Below, one piece after another: positions 20,724 to 34,700 of a stretch of 64,000 bases of DNA. How positions within the stretch are numbered: the stretch's first letter is position 1; each line of letters opens with the position of its first letter. The stretch comes from Peribolospora baueri (taxonomy: Eukaryota). The notes under the pieces were generated by a model. It worked only from the letters and a program-made list of their open reading frames with translations. It was not told the origin of the DNA and did not search any database. The stretch lies in the NCBI GenBank assembly GCA_029717555.1, contig JAMDHS010000050.1, forward strand, positions 1 through 64,000. The letters are read 5' to 3'. The translations under genes were made by a program, and so were the position numbers.

Positions 20724-22314
20724 TCAGCGTCTCTTCCGACTATGCCTATGACTACCGCCCGAGTCGCGGTCCTCGTACCGGTCCCGTTCCCTATCTCTCC
20801 TCGAACGGTGACCATCGTCGTGCCTGTCACGGTTCCTCTCTCTCCTCGAACGGTTGTCGTCCTCGGTCCGGTCCCGTTCCTTCTCTTTCCTCGAACTGTG
20901 GCCCTCATCATGTCCGTCACGGTCCCTCTCTCTCCTCGAACGGTAGTCGTCCTCGGACCGATCGCGCTCCTTCTCTCTCCTCGAACGATAGTCGTCGTCG
21001 TACCGATCCTGGCCTTCCTCTCTTCTCAAACGATGGTCGTCGCTGTGCCGGACCCGATCCCTCTCTTTCCTCGAAAGGTGGCGGTCGGTACGACGACCGC
21101 CGTCGCTGTCGCGGCCGTGATCACCAGTAGGCCGGGAGGAGGGTGTGCTGGAACGAGGTGTCGACTATGACAAGCGAAGGGGACGACCGAATCAGACGCT
21201 TGGCCCCACTTCCGTACAAATAAGCCTTGGTGGACGCCGACGCGAAGGTGCATTCTTCGCCACCCAAGCCGTCACGCTAGTGACGGTGGCGTCTGTCCTC
21301 ACCACTCACCTCATTACTTCCTCCAACCCCACCGCTATCATTGCGCATGACCGGCACATATCTACGGTCAGGCCGCGTGATCTTAAAGTCCTTTCCCCCC
21401 TTCTTGCCTTTGCTGCTCCCGTCGTCCGGCACCTCTCTCGGCTTGGCCCCCAAGCCTAGAAGCGCTGGTCTGCTTTTTGGTACACGCGCCTCCGCGAGGC
21501 CCTTGCCACCCTTGCCCACGCCCTCGCCCTCCTTCCACCCCATGCCGCGCAAGAGCGCCGCACCGAACGCCTCTACCGGAGTCGCGGCGTAGTCAGACAA
21601 AGTGGGCGCGTCAGGACGGTTGACGACGTCGCGCCTGTACGCTTCCTCGTCGTTGGCGGCGCTCATGGGGATGGCGGCTATCTGGACGGAAGCCTCCTCC
21701 TTCCCGTCCTCTCCCTTTTCCGAGTCGCGCAGGATGGCAGCCATAGCCTGCTCTTCAAGCGAGTGCAAAGACCGGTTCGGTGCCGTGGGGATGACAAGCG
21801 GACCGGGTTCCTTCTTGCGGGATGCTCTGAGGGGCGCAAAGCGAATGGGCGCAGAACACGATGGAAAGTGAGGATGATCAGTGAGCACATGGAGGCCCCA
21901 TCTCGAAGCAAGGAAACGCGGAGGGGACAAAGGCCCAACGTACCCTTCGCTGCCGTTCCTCCCGTACTCGGTCACCTTCTCGTCTCCTCTCACCCTTCTT
22001 CTCGCACTCGCTCTCCGGTCCTCGTCGCCGTCCTCCTCCTCCTCATGCTCGTCCATCATCTTCAATCTTTTCGCCTCGAACACACTGACCCTTGCAGCGC
22101 CGCCACTTCTTGGAAATGAACCAAGAGAAAATCGTGGGCCTGGCCCAGGCCCGGCGGGAGAGGCAGACACGGGCCCGGTGGCGGACCTGCCGCTCCTTCC
22201 ATCCGCCTCGTTCGGCCGAGCCTGTGATGCGCCTCCGGACCCGCCTGCGGAGAAGGAGAAGGACAAAGTCTTCCCCGGCGGCTCGGAGACGACTGGCTCG
22301 GATGGGGTGGACAT
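20724..22314 (-). CDS. SPP2: Spp2/MOS2-type G-patch pre-mRNA splicing factor
   Basis: PLVIP motif and YRRDV..RPDAPTLSDYAATPVEAFGAALLRGMGWKEGEGVG..RPALLGLGAKP (G-patch_2). The R/D/E-rich last exon ends at 20724. Confidence 0.85.
20770..21075 (-). repeat. Degenerate ~42-48 bp coding tandem repeat (DDxRSRRE[K/R]ERDR) in the SPP2 last exon
   Basis: Recurrent CTCTCTCCTCGAACGGT..TCGTCG units, about 6-7 copies. Confidence 0.75.
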
Positions 22315-22728
22315 GGTGGAAGGGCAGGTCGAACGCGAGCGGCGTCGTGGGCGATGGTTAGGATGCCGCCTCGACCTCCTCCAGTCAAGTCGCCGCTGCC
22401 TGTGCGGACAAAAGCGCAAACAGGCGCCGTTCGCGTTACATAAGCCCAGCAATCGGAGCTGCCGCAGTCGCCGCCGGCTAACCGGGCCTGCCTCCCCGCA
22501 ATCTCGGAAGGGGAAGATCGGAAAACAGTCAAGGATGCAATGCGGACAAGAGTCTGCCTCCGGTGGGAGGGATGTTGGAGAGAGTGGAGAGGGTGAGTAT
22601 ATAAGGGAGACAGACCCGATCTAGCAAAGCTGCTAACCAGCTTCCGCCTTCCCGCTTGGCACCCGTCTACACACCAACAATTTACCCGTCCGTCCACCAT
22701 CCCCACGTACACGGCAACCGGCAAGACC

Positions 22729-24998
22729 ATGGCTAGTGGACAGATGAACGCTGTCATCATCGAGGCGCCCGAAAAGGTCGTCGTGACCAAGCGGCCCATC
22801 CCCGAGCCCAAAAATCCCGGTGACGTGGTGGTCAAGGTCGATCTTACCGCTGTGAGTAGTGGAGCGAGGATATTGCCAGATCGTCGGTCGGCGACATCGT
22901 GGGGATTGGAATAACCCTTTCTTACCCCCGCTGCCTTGGCATTGCTCAACGTCCAACGTAGCTTTGCGGATCCGATCTTCATATCTACCGCGGGCATCAG
23001 CCGACTCCGAGGTGAGAACAAAAAGGGGAAGGAAGCCAGACATAGATACAGGCCAGACGATGGACGGCCCCGTGGGCGAAAGAACGAGAGAGAGGCACAT
23101 TGGCATCTGTCGTCGGCATAAAGCACACTTCTTTGGGGAGAAGAGACCTGAGAGAGACAGGTGGAGGGGGTAGGCGAGGGGATCCATTTCTTTTTACATA
23201 ACCCATGACCTCGGTCTCACGCAAATGGGCTGCCTTCTTTCAACCATCGCTCGTCACGTCACCGCAGGTATGACTTCATCCTCGGCCACGAGTTCGTCGG
23301 CACCGTTCACCAGGTTGGCTCCGCCGTCAAGAGCTTCAAGGTGGGCGACAAGGTGGTCTCGCCTTTCACTATTCAGGTGAGTTGGTCGGTCCGCGGTCGC
23401 ATTGGGGAGGTTGTATCTGGCCAGACTTGAGAAGGCTGTGACCGAGTTCCTCCCTCAGACTGGTTGACGTGAGCATTTTGCTTTGATTGCGATTCGGTGT
23501 GACGCGCAGTGCGGCGACTGCTTCTATTGCAAGCGTGGGCAGACTTCTCGGTGCACGGTGAGTCACTCAAACATGATCCGTCGAGCTGATGCTCTCCAGC
23601 AATGCTGATGTTGCCCATGCGCTTCCCGATGGCATATGTCCTCTGCTTCCAATCGCGTCCTTCCAGGAATCTCGTGTCTTTGGTTCTGTTGCCCTTGAAG
23701 GCGCTCAAGCGCAGTACGTCCTCGTGCCCCTCGCCGAGTCTACCCTCTTCCCCGCCCCTGAGGGCGTTCCAGAGATCGCACTCGTCCTGATGGCCGACAT
23801 CTTCCCGACTGGTGAGCAGAGGCCATCGAAGATGAGTCGCCGTGGACGTATTCCTGATGAATCTTTCGCTGTGCGTGTCTTGAACTTGTTGAATTCTAGG
23901 CTACTTCGTCGCTCAGAATGCCTACAAGACCCTGGGAGAGGAGGAACGCGTGGGTGCCAAAGTCGCCATCGTCGGGTGCGGTCCTGTTGGCCTTTGTGTG
24001 AGTTGACCGTCGGAAAAGACATGTTCCAATCGTTGTTCCTTTCCTGCCCTTAATGAGCGATGAGCCTGGACGTCGAGGTTGTTTTTGCTAACTTTTGCGT
24101 CTCGACATCCTGTCCTTCCCACTTGTCTTGTCAGGCCGTCACGGCTGCCTGCCACTTCTTCGGGAAGGGCAATGTGTACGCGATCGACTCCGTGCCTGAG
24201 CGCCTGGGTATGTACAAACACCCTTCCTTGTCGATGTCGTATCGATCTCTCATCATTCCCACTTTCCACCGTTTTCTACAGAGGAAGCGAAGAAGCACGG
24301 CGCCATTCCCATTAACCTCAACGACGACCCCGTCGGCAAGCTCCGCGAAGCCACTGAAGGCCGTGGAGCGGACGCCGTGCTTGAGGTTGTCGGCGCAGCC
24401 GATGCGCTCCAGATGGCCGTCCAAGCTATCAGGCCCTTTGGCGTGGTTTCCAGCTGCGGATTGTGAGTCGCTTCGGTGGAGAGTTTGGCCTTCTTGCTCC
24501 GCTTGGCTGACGAGCAAGCGCATGACACGACTCGTTGTGCTGCAGGCACACCCACGACATTACTCTCAAAGGTATGAGTCTTCTTCCTTCATGTGCAACG
24601 ATTTTGCTAGACGCTCGGCAAAGCTCAATTTTTTTTTATTCGTACGTCCTAACGCACATACTCATAGGATTGGACCTGTACAACAAGAACGTTCGCTTCC
24701 AGTTCGGTCGGTGCCCCGTCCGGGCCCTCTTCCCGGAGGCTATCAAGCTGCTCTCTGAGAACGCCGAGCTCTTCAAAGGCTTCGTCCAGCACAAGGTGCC
24801 CTTGGAGGAGGCGCCCAAGTACTATAAGGTGGGTTGATGCTTGGCGACGGCTCGCTCCGATTCGAAGTGAACGCGGAGAGCGTGATGCTGACTCGTGAGA
24901 CGGGCGCGCGGCATCTGTATTCATGACCACTTATCCAAAAGCTGTTCAACGAGCGCAAGATCCTCAAGACCGTCTTTACTCCTAACTCTAGCGCTTGA
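22729..24998 (+). CDS. Zinc-dependent medium-chain alcohol dehydrogenase (GroES-like, FDH-like subgroup), many exons
   Basis: LCGSDLHIYRG, LGHEFVG, CGDCFYCKRGQTSRC, GAQAQYVLVP, MADIFPTGYF, VGCGPVGLC, GRGADAVLEVVG and FGRCPVR. TATATAAG at 22598. Confidence 0.9.
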
Positions 24999-25719
24999 GC
25001 CATCGTTAGCGGTCAGAAGGTTTTTGGTGTCATCGTAGCTGCCTCAATTGTTTTTCGCTTCCACCTGGACTCGCGCCAAGGAGGATGGTTGAGAGAGAAT
25101 CCTGAATGAATAACCGAATTACGTGTTGCGAATGCGGAATGTTATAACGGCGCGGACATGCACGGCCAATGAATAAAGAGAACGTTGACCAACTCGGCCT
25201 ATGGCCAAAGCTTCGCTTCTCCACCAAGGATCAGGCCTCTTCCCACTTCTCCCAATCCCCGTCACCGACATCGGAGAAGGCATTGTCCGCCCGCTGTCAG
25301 TTCGATTTCTAAACCGAGACCAAAGCTGAATCTGGAGTGCATTGCAGACACAGAAAGCAGCAAAGCAATGGATGAATGACGGATGGGGAGCAGGAGCTGG
25401 ATGCTGGGAGAAAGGTGTAAGACGAAAGGGAAGATAAGACTCTTCGAGGGGGTTCCTTCCCCTCGTCAATGGCATCTCAGATAGCTGGACGAACAGCGAG
25501 TCGTCGATCGCACCCGCACCTTAAAATAATCCTTCGTCGTCACGTGAAGCCGCAGCCGATCACATTCACGCCGATGTGCGCTCGCTCTCGAAGCCTTCCC
25601 ACCATCCCAAACGCCGGTCTTTCCACACCTAACAGCCCTACCGCCGATCGCATCGCATTCCGGACAGCAACAGCCGATCGGCTGAGCCGACTCCAGTTCT
25701 GGATCTACTGAAGCCAGGC

Positions 25720-28700
25720 ATGGACGCCGTCAGCGTAGCCGCGCGGGCTTACTTGGGTGACAGGGCCGTCGCCGTCGGGGTCAACTGGTGAGCGGACCAC
25801 GGACGCGCCCCGCGCTTCTCCGGCGCCCTCACTTGGACGGCGCTGACCTCGCCGTTGGACGGTTGGACAGGCTCTTTTTGGTCGAGTGCCTTGTCGCCAT
25901 TGTTGTGGTCGTCTTCTTCCTTTTCTACCTCAACCGCCTTGTCGCCATCGTTGTCGGTCTCATCCTGCGAGGGCTGCTATGGAGGAGCCATAATGCGTAC
26001 ATCGAGTTCGGTGAATCCTCCGGTGCCTGCCTGTGTCGTGTCACAGCTTTGAGAGCATGTTTTCTTGGTATTTCGACTGATGCGAGCTGCCCCGCCAATG
26101 TTTGCACTTCTCTGCTTGTCTTTTCAACCAGAGTCGATTCAAATATCGCCGTTAGGCGGTCGAATTCTCTTCAAAGAAGCCAGGTACTACTCGAAGAACA
26201 TAAGCATGCGCGTTCTGAAAGGACACATTACTTGGCGTTATTGGTTTTGGCGCGCTAGGGAAGAGCAAAGCGAGGAGAGGGAAGGCAAAGGTGAGGAATG
26301 GGCCTGAGTTAACTCTCGTCACCTAAGCCATTATTGCGGGGAGTGTTTCTTACGCGTATGTCCTTTCCCTTCCGTCAGCCTCTCGCCTTCCCTGCCGGAC
26401 TGTCATTTGGCTGGAGGGCGCCGAGATGCTTCTATACAACCGCACTCCCTCCTTCGACGCCATCCTACGGCGCATGGGTTACGATCCTGAGAAGTTGGCA
26501 TCCCCCACGAGCGAGCACGGGGCACCTTCCGAGAAGGGCGAATCTGGGAAATACGATGAGGCAGTGTCTTCCAACGTCAAAAGCCCGAACCGTGATGGGA
26601 TTTCCGAGACTGACGGTGACAGGACTAAGGCTGATGGTGAGTGTCCAGGCTCTTCGCGGTGACAATCGTGTGGAGAGAATGGTGTATAATTCATCTCGAT
26701 GACGTACCCTGCACTTCTTGTAGGCGCCGACGAGCCTGCACCGCGTGGCGGCATTGACTGGTTCCGCGAGGCGCTTCCCATCGAGATCCAGGTCGCGCGT
26801 GGCGCTTTCGTCCTCGGCAACGACTCCACTCCGTCCATCCTTGTCGCCGACTTTGAATCTGCTCAGGGCAGGTACAGCGCAGTCAAGGTTAGTATGGTTC
26901 GGTCCTGTTGCTCTGTTGCTACTCTTGTAGTAAGAAATATGGAGAGTTTTACTTATCCTGACGGGTTCTGATTGACAGGCTCGATCTCAGTACGATCCGT
27001 ACAAGCAAGTCTACCACTTTGTCTTCAAGAAACCGAAAATCATCTGGCGCACTAATCCGGATTTTGAAGGACCGATGATGAATCACGGGCAGGCTGTACT
27101 TCATTCACTCGGGAAGAAGCCGTGGGTTGCTTTTTTTCTTTGACGGGAACCGCATAAAATCGAATGGCCTGACGCGGTTGTCTGCATTTTACATTTCTAT
27201 AGGACCAACCTTGGGGCCCCGGATCCCCTCGCTATGCTTGCGCTGTTTCATCGCTTGCGGAGCGTCTCGCAAAAACTTTCGTTCCGCACTGGATCCCAAC
27301 GGCGTCGCAGTACGGCTTTCACGTCGAGGTCGCAGTCGGTACCTGCTGCCAGTGCCGCAACGCCCTGGCGTGGCCTGTCTCGGTATCTCACCGAGGAGGA
27401 GGCCGCCGGCGGTAATGCACCCAATTTGGAGGAGTACGCCAAGGTGTCGACGATGTTGGACTGTCCGGAGATGGAACTGACATACTACGCTGACGTCGCA
27501 GGTATGTAGAACAAAACGACCGTGCCTCCGTCATCCCATCACGTCTCACTTCTATTCGATATCTTGCAGGTAAAGTTCCAAAGGACCCGAAGCCATTGTC
27601 CGGCATGGCTGGCCTCGAGACGATCGACGTCGGCAATGGCGATCTTTCGCCGGAATGGGGAATCGATATGGAGTTCAAGGGTGGCACGGTAAACTACGGC
27701 CCATGGGCAGACAGACAGAGGTGGGCACGCAATTATTCCTATCTCAGGTTTTGTTCGATAACTGACAAGTTGTTGCCTCTTCCCTTCCAGAGCATTTATT
27801 CAGAAAATCTTCTTCCCCCCGGCGTATTTGGACTCTGAGCAGACTAGGCCGCTCAAACCTGGTGACAACCGTGTGCACACATCGCTCAAAATCTTTATCG
27901 AGTTTAGCGCTGCAACTACTTTACGTCTTCCGACGCGTGAAGCTTCCAAGGATTGGCGTGTCGAAGGTGTGGATAGGCCGGTGGACAAGGGCAAGCCGTC
28001 TCGTCCCTATGGTTGGCTTGACGTTAAGGTCGGCCCAAACTCTACAATCAACCACACCATGTCCATGGTATCCGACGCCAGCGGGTTCAGTCAATTCCTC
28101 GAAGTCCACCTCGACGAAGTCTCCTTGACGAGTAGCGTGAACTACGCCGAATTCTGGTCGGCAGAATACTGCCGGGTCCACTGCGACCTCTCCTCGCCTC
28201 TCCAGTGGCGCGATTTGAGGACTTGGGAGTTCACGATCAACTTCTTTCGGCCCAAGGTCTACCTCCTGCGCGACCACATCACCCTTTTCATAGACCTGGC
28301 CAAGGATTGGTCTTCTGGACCTCCCACCCCGTACGAGCGGTTCGTACCGTTTCACTACAAGGTCCACCTCCGACTCCAGGAGCACGTCTTGAATCTTTAC
28401 TTGAACGAGCATAACATCATTGCGGATCCATGCAACATGGCCGAAAATAGTGAGTTTTCCATGACTCTAGCCCGAGTGCATTCAGATCCGACATTTGGCT
28501 CTCCCCCTTCTCTGTGCAGCTCTCATGACGTTGGAGGGGCCTAATCTGGACCTGGAGGTCGTCATCCCCTCCGACAAGTACCGCCCGCCCTCGACTGACA
28601 TACCGTTCGAAGTCAAGTGCCCACGCGCGCGGCTGAGCATGCAACTGCCCGAATGGAACACTCACAACGCGTTCGGCACGCCAAGAACGAAGGAGTTCGG

Positions 28701-31700
28701 TACTATCGAGACCCTCACTGTCAGCGGTTCGTACCTCTACTATTCAACAACCGATCCTCAGCATGTCGAAAGGTTATGTATCGATATCGAGGTGAGGTCC
28801 TCGATCATTATACCACCATCCATTTTGCTGTGGCTTTCAACGCTTTCCTTCCGATTCGCATAGCTTACTGTCGTATCATAACACTGGATGTGTCAGGCCG
28901 ACAATGTGGTATACAAGATGCTCGGATGGACGATCCGGCATTTCATGATATTGAAGGATAACTATTTTGGCGGATTCACTGCGTTTTCCACTGTCGAGGA
29001 GTATCGGCAACGCCATGAGGAACGTCTGGCCGGCAGTTCGGTCGAGCGTAAATCCAAATCGGGAAAGGTGAGGCGGGACAAGCTAGATTATCTGGGTAGG
29101 ATGTCGTTGACGGCTGATTTTGTCACTTTACCCCAGTCTGATGTCTTCGAGGTCAACCTGGATGTCCGACTTACTGGCAACTGGGTCATTCTGCCTCAAG
29201 AGGTCTACGACTGCAAATCAGCTCTCATCCTTGAAGCCCCTGAAATTTCCGTCTCGCTGCGTTTACACGACTTTTTCATGGGTGAGTTTCCTTCGTGAGA
29301 GATGTTTTCAACTGGTTAACGACTCATGTGATGCTTTTTTTTTTTTTCACAGAGATGTCGCTCAATATCGATCCAATCCGCCTCACTTCCGTCGAAGACT
29401 ACGCTGACGGATTGAAGCAGCTAAGGACAGTCGGATTTGACACGCGCAAGACTCTGGCTATCGACGGCTTGGAAGTCATTGGAGATCGGATTTTCGGCCC
29501 TCAGCCGAAGACTTCGACGTGAGTTCTGAGTGCCTAGGACTAGCCCCAGGTCTTCTGAAGATTTCCTGAGCCTTTCTTTTCCGACGACAGGTACGTGTGC
29601 CACTGGTCATTCAACATCGGCGCATTTGTTGGCAATATCACGCCGGCATTTCTCTTGGAGGCCGCTGCAGCAAGTCGCGCAGTGGGCGTCAACTACGGGG
29701 ACAAGGACAATTCTCTCCCTCAAGAATACGTGATCGGATCTGATCCCGATGGTACGCTTTGATCATGGCTTGCTCTCGCACTATTCAATAAGCGTGAATT
29801 TTGATTGCCCTTTCCGTATCAGTGACGTTCCTTCACCTAGTGCAAGGCCCCATCGACATCACCGTTTTGAACAGAGAAAGCGCCATCAATTTGCGCCTCG
29901 ATGAAGGTGTTCGTCTCGATTACAACGACATGGCAACGCCTGACTACTTGAGAACTCTGGCCATCGAAGTGCCAACCGCAGCCGCCAAGTTCCTTGAGCC
30001 GTCGAAGGGCTCAAGTGGGGAGGAATGGGTGGAGGTTGCCAATCTCTCATCCGACATCTCCGTCAATTTCTACTTCACCAACTCTGATTGGAGGACCCGG
30101 GCCCAAGCCCAGTTTGAGCATATCGTCAAGCAAGACGTACTCACCCACCGAGCGACTGACTTTTACCTGCCGAAGGATCGACAGGATCGCCAGCGTCACG
30201 GTAAGCAGAATATGGTATCCCGGCATGGTTTGAGTAGGTCCCCTTTGAGCACAGCATCTGTTGAAATTTCCGTTGCAGGCTTTCCTGCGCAAGCCGGTAT
30301 TTTACAACTCCACAAGGTCTACCTACCTGGTGACGGTGGGTTGATTATAACGAGTGCTGAAGAAGCATCTGTTGTTTACTTACGATCCGACTTATATGCT
30401 ACAGGGCCCCTTTCTGGTTTCAGTGAAGAAGAGGACAGCATCTATACGAACAGTATAGCGTCGTCGTCCAAGTTCTTTCGGTCGGCGGCGGGTCAGTCAA
30501 CAAGCCTTTTTGCGCAGTCGGATGGTTCAGAGGCAGGCAACGCGTGAGTAGAATTCGCTACTTGTCTCCAATTGGGAGCACTGACACAAATGTTTCCTTG
30601 CGTCTCTTCTGGCTCGGTTCATAACATTCAGTAGGAAGTCAGACGAAGGTGAGCACGCGTGGTATTTGTTAGTAAAAGTATTGAACGCCGTCTCTGATTC
30701 TGTTTTCCATGTATCGTGTGCAAACTCAGGTCCATGCTTTGGACTGAGAACTTTCAAACGAGCATCGCCGAGTCAATACGGCTCTTTCGACGGCCCAACT
30801 TTCAGCTCGACTTCAGTGGGTTGCTTTGTGATGCGCAATGTGGTGACCGGCCATCGTGCTGAAGAGTTTATGTGTACAATTTCAGGACGTGCCGCATCAG
30901 CGGCAGTTCAAGGACATACCGTCGTCGCGTTCCCAGCCTTCCGGTCGCTGTTGGACGCCGCTGAACCTTCAGGCGTTCTATCAGGGTGGCACAACCAAGT
31001 ACAAGGACGAATCACAGACTATCTGCAGTTTACGAAGTCGTCGCGGCGTAGCTTGTCTCTTCACACCATTTGCATGCGGCGTTTTACAAGACCTGTTGAG
31101 TCAGCTCGACCGCCTGGTGAGGTTTCGTTCCGCGCGATGATCAATAACATTGCGTGAGCTTACGATAATTGTGTCTGTGGAACAGGATGAAGGTTTGGAC
31201 AAGGCACTCGATCGTTTGCAGTTACAATTTCGTGACACGCGCAAATCGCCACCGAAGTATCAATTCCAGACCTTGTTCCTGGACGTCAGCCTGCCAGAGC
31301 TTCGCGTGCGCACCATACATGACGTGAATTTGCTTGAACCGCCCGTGGATCGGGACAAAGGCCACGAGGGCGCTGGTATGTCCGAGCTTGGGCTTACCGT
31401 GCTTGGCGTCGACCTCAATCTGGCAAAAACGTCTTCACTGGTCGCTACGGATGCGGAGGTTGGCACCGAAACGGCCGACTTGACCTTGGCATTCAGGTTC
31501 AGCCAAATCGAGGCAATCGGTTTTACGGGTAACGCCATCACGCGTCACTTGAATTGGCGCAAGTCGGCGCAGCTACAGCAGCTTCGTTCAGACTATGTCC
31601 AACACGAACGACATGCCCCTTTTTTACGGGTCACGGTCGGGGCGACCGAGCTGACAGCCGGAGTCAAGATGAGGGATGCCTACGCCGCTTCACTTCGGCT

Positions 31701-34700
31701 TGGGACGATCGATGTTTGCCTTTACTCGGACAGATTCGAGGCATTGGCCAGCACTGGTGTCCGTCTTGCTGGGATGGGCGACGAGATTGGCGGTGCTTTC
31801 GAAGAGTTTTCTTGCAGACGGAAACGTCGCTTGCAGTTGTTCGTGGGCGAGGTTGTCAAGTTCTCGGACGAGCGAGTGATCACCACCGACCCCATCTTCT
31901 TGACGAGGGCGGCTTTTGTGGCTCAGGCCGAACAACGAAATGATCCTGGTTGGAAGATCATGTGAGTGGATCGATTCTCTAAATATTGGATAAACAAGTG
32001 TCATTGATACCTCCGGACTTCTGATTTGTCATGGCAGCGCGCGTCTCCGGCATGTCCTACGTTTGATGCCGTCTCTCAACCAGCGAGCGACGAAGAGCAT
32101 CATGTACTCGAAAGAGGTCAATCCTCGGCGGCTGTTCCTTAACGTCGTTGAATCGCTGCAGAAGTGGCGCGCGTGGGAGATCGACGCCGATGCAGTTGCC
32201 CACGAACCGTTCATCGTTGAGCTCTTCGACCAAGGCTTAACGAACGGCACCTCCGGCAACGGTCTCGACCGGATTTTGGGCAAAGATTTATCTTTGAACG
32301 TGTCCTCCGGCACCGTTTCCGTGATCCTTGAAGATGACCTTTCGACACCATTCATGGCTTGCGGTCCTCTCAAATTATCCGTCACGGCCTCTTCACGACA
32401 TCGCATTCTATCCTCAGAGTGGGACTGTGGCACATTCATCCACGCCCGGACCTCATTGGAGCAGTTTTCGATTCAGACGACGCCGCAGATATTCGTCACC
32501 GTCGAGCGACTTCTTCGCGCCAAGAGGCTATATAGTACCTTGGGACCGACATCGGATATCGATTCCAGCTCAAAGTTGAGGTCCTCACCTCACCCCGAGC
32601 AAGCTAGCACACAGATTAACGAGGTTCTTAAGAAGACTGGAGGATTGCGCGTCGACTTCACCGGCAACCTCAATGATCTTAACGTCACGTTCACAGCGGA
32701 CAAGTTGGAGACCCGGTTGACCTTGCGCCAGGCGTTCGCTTATGCGCCGATTACGCTACGTTCTGGAGAACAAGCTGCCAGCCTCCATGCTCTTCTTCTG
32801 GACGCCGGCGCCACCATTGGCGCCAAGGAACTGAAGACGGTAACCAGCGAAGGGACACCGCGCAACAGCTCTAGCAGGACCGATCCTAGCGTGCTCGCCT
32901 TTTTCGCTCTTGAAGACGCGACTGCGCACGCGAATGTCTGCGAATACAGCGAACCGCCTCCGGGAGTCTCACATCGTACGGTCCGGATCAACGTGATTAT
33001 GAAGGCGATCGAAACAGCCGTACCTAGGAGTTTTGTTCGCCTCCATCGATTCGTGGACGACTGGAGGACGGTGAATTTCCCGAGCATTGAACGGCTGCTC
33101 AAATCCTTGACCGAAGAGGCGAAGAAGCAGACTATGCCCAAGGCGCGTCTCGAGCCCTCCGTTCGCAGCACAACACGTTCGTCATCGGAAGCTTGGCTGG
33201 TCGGAGCGCGAATCGACGCCCAGTTCCTGCTCCAGACGATATCGTTCAGGATGCGCGCAATGCCCACACTGTGGCTGCACTACAACATCGTCGACGCCAC
33301 CGCCTTTGCCCATTCCAGTTGCCTGCTTTCAGACGATCCGAATCAAGCGACATCCATTCGCTGTGGAGTCGAACTTGCCCATCAGATTTTTGGATTCGTT
33401 CCCGTGCAGGCAGCTGAGCTGTACTCCAAGGACACGACATCTCTCAAGAACGGATCCATCGCTCTTCCTGGCCTCAGAGCGACTGTCACGGTTCCAATCG
33501 GATCAAGCCCCAAGAAGGGGCTAGCCAGATCGACTCAGGCCCAGGTGGTTGTCGACATGATCAAGCTCACTCTGACGGCAAAGCTGATCGAGAACGTGTT
33601 AGCTCTGCAGTCTCGATTCGAAAACGACGTCGATGACCTACTAGACGACATTGTTCAGTTCAAGGATTCGAGAGCGAGGACCGAGTCTGAACTATCAAAG
33701 CCTCAGCCTCAGCCTTCAAAAGCGAGCAAAATGTCTGGCCGAGCGCATGCTTTCTCTTTATCAGTTGCGCTCAGAGGCTTGAAGGTCGCCATCGAAGGCC
33801 CGTCCTCGACACAATTCATCGAAACTGCTCTAATCGACGGTCTCATACGTAGCGGCAACAAGCTGCCGAATAAAGTATCTTGGCGGGTCTCTGTCTGTAA
33901 CCTGGCCTTGTCACTTGCGCACAAGTCTCGAACTTCTCCTGTCGAACAGCAACTGTTTGACCGGAGCTCTCGCTCGGCATACACGATCATCGACTGTGTC
34001 GTCCACAACTCGAGGCCAGAACTCTCCAACCGAAGCAAGGTCAAGGTTCCCGAAGACATCGATCACTTGCACTTGCGAGTGAACAAGGTGCATGCTGTTC
34101 TTCACGCTACAGCAATCTCAGAACTTGGGGATCTAATCGACTATTGGGCGGAGATTCTCGTCCGCAAGGAAGAGCGTGCCGAAGATTATTCAGTCATCCG
34201 CTCCAAGACTCGCCGAGTACTCGAGTCACTGGAGCGGCCGACGCACGAGGCTCGGTCTGGGGCCACCACGGAAGTAGCTTCAAAGTCGTGGCTGGACGAC
34301 AAGGTCATCTCCGTGCAAATCAATAGTCTGGGCATCGCCATCCCATTGACGTTGGACGAGATTACTGCGCCTGACCAGAGTTCGTCGAGGCCATGGCGGT
34401 CGGCAGCCGTGCCGGCGTTCTTATTTTCCACCTCGTCCATCACTTTCGCAACGCGGCACCACGAGATGGGCTTCGCAGACGTGCAGCTCACGGCGTTCCA
34501 GTTCATTCCCACGTGAGTCGCCTTTCATTGCTGGATTATGACCATTTGTGGTACTGAATAGCTACTGCTCACTTTTTTTGATTAGGTTCGATCAAAGCCG
34601 CGCTGAGGACTTCGATGGGCTTCAACACAACACCCGCAATCGGATGCTGTTTCCGGAAATGTTTTTGGAAGTGCAATCCGAAAAGACAGGGTCCACGGCA

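Noticed and set aside
30540..31190. Apparent break in CSF1 (two genes or a rearrangement)
   Set aside because: GT-AG introns and micro-exons plausibly bridge the region on the same strand, and I saw no inverted coding block.
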